DNA of 64,000 nt from the human T2T-CHM13v2.0 reference genome, Homo sapiens, in the NCBI RefSeq assembly GCF_009914755.1, contig NC_060948.1; one strand, written 5' to 3'. Positions within the stretch are counted from its first letter, which is position 1, and each line of letters starts with the position of its first letter. Positions 1-13,200 of this stretch are shown here, piece by piece. The notes beneath the pieces were generated by a model. That model was not told the origin of the DNA. It saw only the letters and a list, made by a program, of their open reading frames with translations, and made no database searches. A program made the translations under genes and the position numbers.

Positions 1-507
1 ATGTACATGAATGGAATGTAATCGAATGGAAAGTAATCCAATGGAATAGAATCTAATGCAATAAAATCGACTCAGATAGAGTAGAATGTAATGGAATGGA
101 GTGCAGTGCAATGGAATGGAATGGAATGGAATGCAATGGAATGGAATGGAATGGAATGGGATGGAATGGTATGGAATGGGTAGTAATGGACTGGAGTGAA
201 ATGGACTGGAAAGGAATGGACTCAAATTGAAAGGGCACGAAAGGAATGGAGTCAAATGGAATGGTCTGGAATGGAATGAACACGAATGTAATGCAACCCA
301 ATAGAATGGAATCGAATGGCATGGAATATAAAGAAATGGAATCGAAGAGAATGGAAACAAATGGAATGGAATTGAATGGAATGGGAACGAATGGAGTGAA
401 ATTGTATGCAGTAGAAGTGAATAGAATGGAATGCAAGCGAAAGGAAAGGAATGGATTGGAATGGAATGGAATTCATTGGAATGGAAGGGAATGTAGTGTA
501 ATGGACA
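1..507 (+). repeat. U0: partial unit (3' end, haplotype C-like)
   Basis: Has AAGGGCACGA, a 4-copy pure GGAAT tract and a single GGAATTGAAT before GGGAACG, as at the ends of U5, U6, U7 and U9. EcoRI site at 469-474. Confidence 0.8.
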
Positions 508-882
508 GGCCTGGAATAAAGTGGAATGCTACGGTCTCGAATGGAATAAAAATGTATGGAATGGAATGCAATGAAACGGAATCGAATGTCATAGAATGTA
601 ATGGAATGCAAAAAAATGGAATCCAAAATCATTGACTGGAAAGGCTGGGTGTCGAAAGGAATTGACTCCAATGGAATGGAATCGAATGGAATGGAAGTGA
701 ATAGAATCGAACTAAATCGAATGGAATGGAATTGATAGGAACGGAATGGAAAGGAATGCAATGATTTGGCATGGAATGGAATCGAATGGCATCGAATGGA
801 ATGGAATGGAATGCAATGGAATGGAATGTATTAGAATGGAATGAACTTTAATGGAATGTACTCGAATGGATTCGACTGGAAT

Positions 883-897
883 GGAATGTTCTGGAAG
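883..897. promoter_or_regulatory. Perfect heat-shock element HSE-1 (nGAAnnTTCnnGAAn); recurs in every unit U1-U19 except U14
   Basis: gGAAt-gTTCt-gGAAg matches the three-pentamer HSF1 consensus. Binding is inferred from the motif only. Confidence 0.65.
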
Positions 898-1162
898 TGA
901 ATGGACTCCAATGGAATGGATTCAAAAGGAATGGAATCGTACGGAATGGAATCTAATGGAATGGAATTAAATGGAAATGAATCAAATTGAATAGCACGGA
1001 ATTGAATTGAATGGAATGGAATGCAATGGAATCTAATGAAACGGAAAGGAAAGGAATGGAATGGAATGGAATGGGCTGGAATGGAAAGGAATCGAAACGA
1101 ATGGAATGGAATCGAACTGAAGAGACTGGAATGGAATGCACTGGAATGGAAGGGAGTGTAAT

Positions 1163-1177
1163 GGAAGGTTCTCGAAA
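1163..1177. promoter_or_regulatory. Perfect heat-shock element HSE-2; recurs in every unit U1-U19 except U14
   Basis: gGAAg-gTTCt-cGAAa matches the HSF1 consensus. Confidence 0.65.
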
Positions 1178-2212
1178 AAAATGGAATCGAATGGAATGGA
1201 ATTGAATGGAACGGAATAGAGTCGAATGGAATTGAATGGAATGGAATGGACTAGAGTGAAATGGAATCGAACCACAAGGAATGGACAGGAATAGAATGGT
1301 CTCGAATTGAATGGAATCGTATGGAATGGCATCAAACGGAATGGAATGGACAGCCACGGAATGGAATGCACTCGAATGCAATGAAGTCGAAACTAACGGA
1401 CTGGAATAGAATGGACTCGACTGGTACGGACTCCAATGGAATGGAATCGAATGGAAGGGAATCGAACGGAAGGGAATCGAACGGAATGGACTCGAAGGGA
1501 AAAGACTGCAATGGAAAGGTCTCGAATGGAATGGAAATTAATGGAATGGAATGGAATCGAATGAAATGGAGTCAAAAGGAATGGAATCGAATGGCAAGAA
1601 ATCGAATGTAATGGAATCGCAAGGAATTGATGTGAACGGAACGGAATGGAATGGAATCCAAAGGAATGGAATAGAATGGAATGGAATCGAATGGAAAGGA
1701 CTCGAATGGAAATCACTCGAATAGAATGCAATTTAATAAAATAGGATCAAATGTAATGGAATGGAATGGAAAGGAATCGAAACGAAAGGAATGGAGACAG
1801 ATGGAATGGAATGGAACAGAGAGCAATGGTATAGAATGGAATGGAATCATCTGGAATGGAATTGAATGGAATGGAATAATATGAAATGGAATGGAATGGA
1901 ATGGAATGGAATGGAATGGAATGCCCTTGAATTAAATGGACTGGAATGGAATGGACTCAAACAGAGTGGAATGGAAAGTGTGGAGGTAGAATGGAATGAA
2001 ATCCTTTGGAATGGACTAGTAGGCAATGCAATCGACTGGCAGGGAATCAAAAGGAATGTAATGGAATGGATTGGACTGGAATGCAATGGACTCGAATAGA
2101 TTGGAAACGGAATGCAAAGAATGGAATGGAATAGTATGGAATGGAATGGAAAGGAATGGAGTGGAATAGACTAGAGTGGAATGGAATGGACTGGAAAGCA
2201 ATGGACTGGAAT

Positions 2213-2227
2213 GGAACTTTCTTGAAT
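2213..2227. promoter_or_regulatory. Perfect heat-shock element HSE-3; polymorphic among units
   Basis: gGAAc-tTTCt-tGAAt. The third GAA becomes GGA in U2, U11, U14, U15 and U16, and GCA in U4. Confidence 0.6.
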
Positions 2228-4090
2228 GGACTGGAATCAAACGGAATGGAATGCAATGCAATCAAATGGCATGGAATAAAATAGAATGAAAGAGAATCAA
2301 ATGGAATTGAATCGAATGGAATCGAATGGATTGGAAAGGAATAGAATGGAATGGAATGGAATTGACTCAAATGGAATGGACTAGAATGGAATGGATTCGA
2401 ATGGAAGGCAAAGGAATGGAATCTATTGGAATGGACTGTAATGGAATGGAATGGAAGGGATTGGAATGGACTCGAATGGAATGGACTGCAATAGAAAGGA
2501 TTCGAATGGAATGAAAAAGAATTGAATGGAATAGAACAGAATGGAATCAAATCGAATGAAATGGAATGGAATAGAAAGGAATGGAATGAAATGGAATGGA
2601 AAGGATTCGAATGGAATGCAATCGAATGGAATGGAATCGAACGGAATGGAATAAAATGGAAGAAAACTGGCAAGAAATGGAATCGAAATGAATGGAGTGT
2701 TATGGAACGGACTCAAAAGGAATTGAATGTAATAGAATGGAGTGGAGTGGACTCGAATATAATGGACTGGAATGGAATGAAATCACATGGAATGGGAACG
2801 AATGGAATGGAATGGAAAGGAATGGAATCGAATGGAAAGGAATCGAATGGAAGGGAATGAAATTGAATCAACAGGAATGGAAGGGAATAGAATAGACGGT
2901 AATGGAATGGACTCGAATAGAATGGACACGAATGCTCAAATTAAATGGACTCGAATGGAATGGAAACGAAAGGAATGTCATCGAATGGAATTGAATCGAT
3001 TGGAATGAAATCGCATAGAATGGAGTGGAATCAAATGGAATTGAATCGAAAGGAAAGGAAGCGAATGGACTGAAATGAAATGGAATGGAATTGAATGGAA
3101 AGTAATGCAATGGAATAGAATGGAACGAAATTTCACGGAATGGAATCAAACTGAATGGAATCAAATCAATGGAATCAAATCAAATGGAATGGAAAGGAAT
3201 TGAATGGAGTAGATGGGATTGGATGGGATTGGAATGAAATGTACTGGAAAGGACTCGAATTTCATGAAACGGAATGGAATGAATTGGAAAGGAATGGACT
3301 CGAATGGAATGGAATGTCATGGGATGGCATCAAATGGAATGGCATCAAATGGAATGGAATCGAATGCAATGGAATGCTATGGAATGGAATGGAATGCATT
3401 GGAATGGAATGTCCTCTAATGGAATGGATTCGAGTGGAATGGAATTGAATATAATGGAGTCGAATGAAATGGAATTGAAAGGAATGGGATCGAATACAAT
3501 GGAATATACTGGAATGTAACGTAATGAACTCGAATGTAATTGACTGGAATGGAATGTACATGAATGGAATGTAATCGAATGGAAAGTAATCCAATGGAAT
3601 AGAATCTAATGCAATAAAATCGACTCAGATAGAGTAGAATGTAATGGAATGGAGTGCAGTGCAATGGAATGGAATGGAATGGAATGCAATGGAATGGAAT
3701 GGAATGGAATGGAATGGAATGGAATGGGATGGAATGGTATGGAATGGATAGTAATGGACTGGAGTGAAATGGACTGGAAAGGAATGGACTCAAATTGAAA
3801 GGGCTCGAAAGGAATGGAGTCAAATGGAATGGTCTGGAATGGAATGAACACGAATGTAATGCAACCCAATAGAATGGAATCGAATGGCATGGAATATAAA
3901 GAAATGGAATCGAAGAGAATGGAAACAAATGGAATGGAATTGAATGGAATGGAATTGAATGGAATGGGAACGAATGGAGTGAAATTGTATGCAGTAGAAG
4001 AGAATAGAATGGAATGCAAGCGAAAGGAAAGGAATGGATTGGAATGGAATGGAATTCATTGGAATGGAAGGGAATGTAGTGTAATGGACA

Positions 4091-6756
4091 GGCCTGGAAT
4101 AAAGTGGAATGCTACGGTCTCGAATGGAATAAAAATGTATGGAATGGAATGCAATGAAACGGAATCGAATGTCATAGAATGTAATGGAATGCAAAAAAAT
4201 GGAATCCAAAATCATTGACTGGAAAGGCTGGGTGTCGAAAGGAATTGACTCCAATGGAATGGAATCGAATGGAATGGAAGTGAATAGAATCGAACTAAAT
4301 CGAATGGAATGGAATTGATAGGAACGGAATGGAAAGGAATGCAATGATTTGGCATGGAATGGAATCGAATGGCATCGAATGGAATGGAATGGAATGCAAT
4401 GGAATGGAATGTATTAGAATGGAATGAACTTTAATGGAATGTACTCGAATGGATTCGACTGGAATGGAATGTTCTGGAAGTGAATGGACTCCAATGGAAT
4501 GGATTCAAAAGGAATGGAATCGTACGGAATGGAATCTAATGGAATGGAATTAAATGGAAATGAATCAAATTGAATAGCACGGAATTGAATTGAATGGAAT
4601 GGAATGCAATGGAATCTAATGAAACGGAAAGGAAAGGAATGGAATGGAATGGAATGGGCTGGAATGGAAAGGAATCGAAACGAATGGAATGGAATCGAAC
4701 TGAAGAGACTGGAATGGAATGCACTGGAATGGAAGGGAGTGTAATGGAAGGTTCTCGAAAAAAATGGAATCGAATGGAATGGAATTGAATGGAACGGAAT
4801 AGAGTCGAATGGAATTGAATGGAATGGAATGGACTAGAGTGAAATGGAATCGAACCACAAGGAATGGACAGGAATAGAATGGTCTCGAATTGAATGGAAT
4901 CGTATGGAATGGCATCAAACGGAATGGAATGGACAGCCACGGAATGGAATGCACTCGAATGCAATGGAGTCGAAACTAACGGACTGGAATAGAATGGACT
5001 CGATTGGTACGGACTCCAATGGAATGGAATCGAATGGAAGGGAATCGAACGGAAGGGAATCGAACGGAATGGACTCGAAGGGAAAAGACTGCAATGGAAA
5101 GGTCTCGAATGGAATGGAAATTAATGGAATGGAATGGAATCGAATGAAATGGAGTCAAAAGGAATGGAATCGAATGGCAAGAAATCGAATGTAATGGAAT
5201 CGCAAGGAATTGATGTGAACGGAACGGAATGGAATGGAATCCAAAGGAATGGAATAGAATGGAATGGAATCGAATGGAAAGGACTCGAATGGAAATCACT
5301 CGAATAGAATGCAATTTAATAAAATAGGATCAAATGTAATAGAATGGAATGGAAAGGAATCGAAACGGAAGGAATGGAGACAGATGGAATGGAATGGAAC
5401 AGAGAGCAATGGTATAGAATGGAATGGAATCATCTGGAATGGAATTGAATGGAATGGAATAATATGAAATGGAATGGAATGGAATGGAATGGAATGCCCT
5501 TGAATTAAATGGACTGGACTCGAACAGAGTGGAATGGAAAGTGTTGAGATAGAATGGAATGGACTCCTTTGGAATGGTCTAGTATGCAATGCAATCGACT
5601 GGCAGGGAATCAAAAGGAATGTAATCGAATGGATTGGACTGGAATGCAATGGACTCGAATAGATTGGAAACGGAATGCAAAGGAATGGAATGGAATAGTA
5701 TGGAATGCAATGGAAGGGAATGGAGTGGAATAGACTAGAGTGGAATGGAATGGACTGGAAAGCAATGGACTGGAATGGAACTTTCTTGGATGGATTGGAA
5801 TCAAACGGAATGGAATGTAATGCAATCAAATGGCATGGAATAAAATAGAATGAAAGAGAATCAAATGGAATTGAATCGAATGGAATCGAATGGATTGGAA
5901 AGGAATAGAATGGAATGGAATGGAATTGACTCAAATGGAATGGACTAGAATGGAATGGATTCGAATGGAATGGAATGTCATGGAATGGCATCAAATGGAA
6001 TGGCATCAAATGGAATGGAATCGAATGCAATGGAATGCTATGGAATGGAATGGAATGCATTGGAATGGAATGTCCTCTAATGGAATGGATTCGAGTGGAA
6101 TGGAATTGAATATAATGGAGTCGAATGAAATGGAATTGAAAGGAATGGGATCGAATACAATGGAATATACTGGAATGTAACGTAATGAACTCGAATGTAA
6201 TTGACTGGAATGGAATGTACATGAATGGAATGTAATCGAATGGAAAGTAATCCAATGGAATAGAATCTAATGCAATAAAATCGACTCAGATAGAGTAGAA
6301 TGTAATGGAATGGAGTGCAGTGCAATGGAATGGAATGGAATGGAATGCAATGGAATGGAATGGAATGGAATGGAATGGAATGGAATGGAATGGGATGGAA
6401 TGGTATGGAATGGATAGTAATGGACTGGAGTGAAATGGACTGGAAAGGAATGGACTCAAATTGAAAGGGCTCGAAAGGAATGGAGTCAAATGGAATGGTC
6501 TGGAATGGAATGAACACGAATGTAATGCAATCCAATAGAATGGAATCGAATGGCATGGAATATAAAGAAATGGAATCGAAGAGAATGGAAACAAATGGAA
6601 TGGAATTGAATGGAATGGAATTGAATGGAATGTGAACGAATGGAGTGAAATTGTATGCAGTAGAAGAGAATAGAATGGAATGCAAGCGAAAGGAAAGGAA
6701 TGGATTGGAATGGAATGGAATTCATTGGAATGGAAGGGAATGTAGTGTAATGGACA
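4091..6756 (+). repeat. U2: short unit, 2666 bp, ~903-bp internal deletion (haplotype B)
   Basis: GGCC at 4091 and 6757. The junction GGATTCGAATGGAATGGAATGTCATGG near 5961-5970 skips sequence equivalent to U1 ~2397-3300. Confidence 0.92.
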
Positions 6757-9700
6757 GGCCTGGAATAAAGTGGAATGCTACGGTCTCGAATGGAATAAAA
6801 ATGTATGGAATGGAATGCAATGAAACGGAATCGAATGTCATAGAATGTAATGGAATGCAAAAAAATGGAATCCAAAATCATTGAATGGAAAGGCTGGGTG
6901 TCGAAAGGAATTGACTCCAATGGAATGGAATCGAATGGAATGGAAGTGAATAGAATCGAACTAAATCGAATGGAATGGAATTGATAGGAACGGAATGGAA
7001 AGGAATGCAATGATTTGGCATGGAATGGAATCGAATGGCATCGAATGGAATGGAATGGAATGCAATGGAATGGAATGTATTAGAATGTAATGAACTTTAA
7101 TGGAATGTACTCGAATGGATTCGACTGGAATGGAATGTTCTGGAAGTGAATGGACTCCAATGGAATGGATTCAAAAGGAATGGAATCGTACGGAATGGAA
7201 TCTAATGGAATGGAATTAAATGGAAATGAATCAAATTGAATAGCACGGAATTGAATTGAATGGAATGGAATGCAATGGAATCTAATGAAACGGAAAGGAA
7301 AGGAATGGAATGGAATGGAATGGACTGGAATGGAAAGGAATCGAAACGAATGGAATGGAATCGAACTGAAGAGACTGGAATGGAATGCACTGGAATGGAA
7401 GGGAGTGTAATGGAAGGTTCTCGAAAAAAATGGAATCGAATGGAATGGAATTGAATGGAACGGAATAGAGTCGAATGGAATTGAATGGAATGGAATGGAC
7501 TAGAGTGAAATGGAATCGAACCACAAGGAATGGACAGGAATAGAATGGTCTCGAATTGAATGGAATCGTATGGAATGGCATCAAACGGAATGGAATGGAC
7601 AGCCACGGAATGGAATGCACTCGAATGCAATGGAGTCGAAACTAATGGACTGGAATAGAATGGACTCGACTGGTATGGACTCCAATGGAATGGAATCGAA
7701 TGGAAGGGAATCGAACGGAATGGACTCGAAGGGAAAAGACTGCAATGGAAAGGTCTCGAATGGAATGGAAATTAATGGAATGGAATGGAATCGAATGAAA
7801 TGGAGTCAAAAGGAATGGAATCGAATGGCAAGAAATCGAATGTAATGGAATCGCAAGGAATTGATGTGAACGGAACGGAATGGAATGGAATCCAAAGGAA
7901 TGGAATAGAATGGAATGGAATCGAATGGAAAGGACTCGAATGGAAATCACTCGAATAGAATGCAATTTAATAAAATAGGATCAAATGTAATGGAATGGAA
8001 TGGAAAGGAATCGAAACGAAAGGAATGGAGACAGATGGAATGGAATGGAACAGAGAGCAATGGTATAGAATGGAATGGAATCATCTGGAATGGAATTGAA
8101 TGGAATGGAATAATATGAAATGGAATGGAATGGAATGGAATGGAATGCCCTTGAATTAAATGGACTGGAATGGAATGGACTCGAACAGAGTGGAATGGAA
8201 AGTGTTGACATAGAATGGAATGGACTCCTTTGGAATGGTGTACTATGCAATGCAATCGACTGGCAGGGAATCAAAAGGAATGTAATCGAATGGATTGGAC
8301 TGGAATGCAATGGACTCGAATAGATTGCAAACGGAATGCAAAGGAATGGAATGGAATAGTATGGAATGGAATGGAAAGGAATGGAGTGGAATAGACTAGA
8401 GTGGAATGGAATGGACTGGAAAGCAATGGACTGGAATGGAACTTTCTTGAATGGACTGGAATCAAACGGAATGGAATGCAATGCAATCAAAAGGCATGGA
8501 ATAAAATAGAATGAAAGAGAATCAAATGGAATTGAATCGAATGGAATCGAATGGATTGGAAAGGAACAGAATGGAATGGAATGGAATGGACTAGAATGGA
8601 ATGGATTCGAATGGAAGGCAAAGGAATGGAATCTATTGGAATGGACTGTAATGGAATGGAATGGAAGGGATTGGAATGGACTCGAATGGAATTGACTGCA
8701 ATAGAAAGGATTCGAATGGAATGAAAAAGAATTGAATGGAATAGAACAGAATGGAATCAAATCGAATGAAATGGAATGGAATAGAAAGGAATGGAATGAA
8801 ATGGAATGGAAAGGATTCGAATGGAATGCAATCGAATGGAATGGAATCGAACGGAATGGAATAAAATGGAAGAAAACTGGCAAGAAAGGGAATCGATATG
8901 AATGGAGTTTTATGGAACGGACTCAAAAGGAATTGAATGTAATAGAATGGAGTGGAGTGGACTCGAATATAATGGACTGGAATGGAATGAAATCACATGG
9001 AATGGGAACGAATGGAATGGAATGGAAAGGAATGGAATCGAATGGAAAGGAATCGAATGGAAGGGAATGAAATTGAATCAACAGGAATGGAAGGGAATAG
9101 AATAGACGGTAATGGAAGGGACTCGAATAGAATGGACACGAATGCTCAAATTGAATGGACTCGAATGGAATGGAAACGAAAGGAATGTCATCGAATGGAA
9201 TTGAATCGATTGGAATGAAATTGCATAGAATGGAGTGGAATCAAATGGAATTGAATCGAAAGGAAAGGAAGCGAATGGACTGAAATGAAATGGAATGGAA
9301 TTGAATGGAAAGTAATGCAATGGAATAGAATGGAACGAAATTTCACGGAATGGAATCAAACTGAATGGAATCAAATCAATGGAATCCAATCAAATGGAAT
9401 GGAGTAGATTGGATTGGATGGGATTGGAATGAAATGTACTGGAAAGGACTCGAATTTCATGAAACGGAATGGAATGAATTGGAACGGAATGGACTCGAAT
9501 GGAATGGAATGTCATAGAATGGCATCAAATGGAATGGCATCAAATGGAATGGAATAGAATGCAATGGAATGCTATGGAATGGAATGGAATGTATTGGAAT
9601 GGAATGTCCTCTAATGGAATGGATTCGAGTGGAATGGAATCGAATATAATGGAGTCGAATGAAATGGAATTGAAAGGAATGGGATCGAATACAATGGAAT

Positions 9701-10295
9701 ATACTGGAATGTAATGTAATGAACTGGAATGTAATTGACTGGAATGGAATGTACATGAATGGAATGTAATCGAATGGAAAGTAATCCAATGGAATAGAAT
9801 CTAATGCAATAAAATCGACTCAGATAGAGTAGAATGTAATGGAATGGAGTGCAGTGCAATGGAATGGAATGGAATGGAATGCAATGGAATGGAATGGAAT
9901 GGAATGGAATGGAATGGAATGGAATGGAATGGGATGGAATGGTATGGAATGGATAGTAATGGACTGGAGTGAAATGGACTGGAAAGGAATGGACTCAAAT
10001 TGAAAGGGCTCGAAAGGAATGGAGTCAAATGGAATGGTCTGGAATGGAATGAACACGAATGTAATGCAATCCAATAGAATGGAATCGAATGGCATGGAAT
10101 ATAAAGAAATGGAATCGAAGAGAATGGAAACAAATGGAATGGAATTGAATGGAATGGAATTGAATGGAATGGGAACGAATGGAGTGAAATTGTATGCAGT
10201 AGAAGGGAATAGAATGGAATGCAAGCGAAAGGAAAGGAATGGATTGGAATGGAATGGAATTCATTGGAATGGAAGGGAATGTAGTGTAATGGACA
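6757..10295 (+). repeat. U3: unit, 3539 bp (haplotype D)
   Basis: GGCC at 6757 and 10296. Diagnostic AGATTGCAAA, CAAAAGGCATGG, AAGAAAGGGAATCGATATG and GGAATCCAATC are shared with U13. Confidence 0.9.
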
Positions 10296-13200
10296 GGCCT
10301 GGAATAAAGTGGAATGCTACGGTCTCGAATGGAATAAAAATGTATGGAATGGAATGCAATCAAACGGAATCGAATGTCATAGAATGTAATGGAATGCAAA
10401 AAAATGGAATCCAAAATCATTGACTGGAAAGGCTGGGTGTCGAAAGGAATTGACTGCAATGGAATGGAATCAAATGGAATGGAAGTGAATAGAATCGAAC
10501 TAAATCGAATGGAATGGAATTGATAGGAACGGAATGGAAAGGAATGCAATGATTTGGCATGGAATGGAATCGAATGGCATCGAATGGAATGGAATGGAAT
10601 GCAATGGAATGGAATGTATTAGAATGTAATGAACATTAGTGGAATGTACTCGAAAGGATTCGACTGGAATGGAATGTTCTGGAAGTGAATGGACTCCAAT
10701 AGAATGGATTCGAAAGGAATGGAATCGAACGGAATGGATTCTAATGGAATGGAATTAAATGGAAATGAATAAAATTGAATAGCACGGAATTGAATTGAAT
10801 GGAATCGAATGCAATGGAATCTAATGAAACGGAAAGGAAAGAATGGAATGGAATAGAATGGGCTGGAATGGAAAGGAATCGAAACGAATGGAATGGAAGC
10901 GAACTGAAGAGACTGGAATGGAATGCACTGGAATGGAAGGGAGTGTAATGGAAGGTTCTCGAAAAAAATGGAATCGAATGGAATGGAATTGAATGGAACG
11001 GAATAGAGTCGAATGGAATTGAATGGAATGGAATGGACTAGAATGAAATGGAATCGAACCACAAGGAATGGACATGAATAGAATGGTCTCGAATTGAATG
11101 GAATCGTATGGAATGGCATCAAACGGAATGGAATGGACAGCCACGGAATGGAATGCACTCGAATGCAATGGAGTCGAAACTAATGGACTGGAATAGAATG
11201 GACTCGACTGGTACGGACTCCAATGGAATGGAATCGAATGGAAGGGAATCGAACAGAATGGACTCGAAGGGAAAAGACTGTAATGGAAAGGTCTCGAATG
11301 GAATGGAAATTAATGGGATGGAATGGAATCGAATGAAATGGAGTCAGAAGGAATGGAATCGAATGGCAAGAAATCGAATGTAATGGAATCGCAAGGAATT
11401 GATGTGAACGGAACGGAATGGAATGGAATCCAAAGGAATGGAATAGAATGGAATGGAATCGAATGGAAAGGACTCGAATGGAAATCACTCGAATAGAATG
11501 CAATTTAATAAAATAGGATCAAATGTAATAGAATGGAATGGAAAGGAATCGAAACGGAAGGAATGGAGACAGATGGAATGGAATGGAACAGAGAGCAATG
11601 GTATAGAATGGAATGGAATCATCTGGAATGGAATTGAATGGAATGGAATAATATGAAATGGAATGGAATGGAATGGAATGGAATGCCCTTGAATTAAATG
11701 GACTGGACTCGAACAGAGTGGAATGGAAAGTGTTGAGATAGAATGGAATGGACTCCTTTGGAATGGTGTAGTATGCAATGCAATCGACTGGCAGGGAATC
11801 AAAAGGAATGTAATCGAATGGATTAGACTGGAATGCAATGGACTCGAATAGATTGGAAACGGAATGCAAAGGAATGGAATGGAATAGTATGGAATGCAAT
11901 GGAAGGGAATGGAGTGGAATAGACTAGAGTGGAATGGAATGGACTGGAAAGCAATGGACTGGAATGGAACTTTCTTGCATGGATTGGAATCAAACGGAAT
12001 GGAATGCAATGCAATCAAATGGCATGGAATAAAATAGAATGAAAGAGAATCAAATGGAATTGAATCGAATGGAATCGAATGGATTGGAAAGGAATAGAAT
12101 GGAATGGAATGGAATTGACTCAAATGGAATGGACTAGAATGGAATGGATTCGAATGGAAGGCAAAGGAATGGAATCTATTGGAATGGACTGTAATGGAAT
12201 GGAATGGAAGGGATTGGAATGGACTCGAATGGAATGGACTGCAATAGAAAGGATTCGAATGGAATGAAAAAGAATTGAATGGAATAGAACAGAATGGAAT
12301 CAAATCGAATGAAATGGAATGGAATAGAAAGGAATGGAATGAAATGGAATGGAAAGGATTCGAATGGAATGCAATCGAATGGAATGGAATCGAACGGAAT
12401 GGAATAAAATGGAAGAAAACTGGCAAGAAATGGAATCGAAATGAATGGAGTGTTATGGAACGGACTCAAAAGGAATTGAATGTAATAGAATGGAGTGGAG
12501 TGGACTCGAATATAATGGACTGGAATGGAATGAAATCACATGGAATGGGAACGAATGGAATGGAATGGAAAGGAATGGAATCGAATGGAAAGGAATCGAA
12601 TGGAAGGGAATGAAATTGAATCAACACGAATGGAAGGGAATAGAATAGACTGTAATGGAATGGACTCGAATAGAATGGACACGAATGCTCAAATTAAATG
12701 GACTCGAATGGAATGGAAACGAAAGGAATGTCATCGAATGGAATTGAATCGATTGGAATGAAATCGCATAGAATGGAGTGGAATCAAATGGAATTGAATC
12801 GAAAGGAAAGAAGCGAATGGACTGAAATGAAATGGAATGGAATTGAATGGAAAGTAATGCAATGGAATAGAATGGAACGAAATTTCACGGAATGGAATCA
12901 AACTGAATGGAATCAAATCAATGGAATCAAATCAAATGGAATGGAAAGGAATTGAATGGAGTAGATGGGATTGGATGGGATTGGAATGAAATGTACTGGA
13001 AAGGACTCGAATTTCATGAAACGGAATGGAATGAATTGGAACGGAATGGACTCGAATAGAATGGAATGTCATGGGATGGCATCAAATGGAATGGCATCAT
13101 ATGGAATGGAATCGAATGCAATGGAATGCTATGGAATGGAATGGAATGCATTGGAATGGAATGTCCTCTAATGGAATGGATTCGAGTGGAATGGAATTGA

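Larger units (their letters stand above)
508..4090 (+). repeat. U1: full unit, 3583 bp (haplotype A)
   Basis: GGCC at 508 and 4091. Diagnostic ATGAAGTCG (1381), ACTAACGG and the 1-bp deletion GCAAAGAATG (~2118) are shared with U6-U8. Confidence 0.9.

Noticed and set aside
515-550. AATAAA hexamers (515-520, 545-550, also 1735-1740) as polyadenylation signals
   Set aside because: They arise easily from GGAAT variants in A-rich sequence, with no clear downstream GU-rich element or transcript evidence in the sequence.
3205-3235. G-rich patch GATGGGATTGGATGGGATTGG as a G-quadruplex
   Set aside because: It has only two GGG runs, and one is lost in several units, so it does not meet the canonical four-tract pattern.
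3126-3269. Further GAA/TTC motifs (cGAAatTTCa at 3126, tTTCatGAAa at 3260)
   Set aside because: Only two pentamers are in register, so I did not count them as perfect HSEs.
5296-6255. Longest ORF (319 aa, also at 36333-37292)
   Set aside because: It is created incidentally by the 903-bp deletion fusing two repeat-derived frames, and it is low-complexity.
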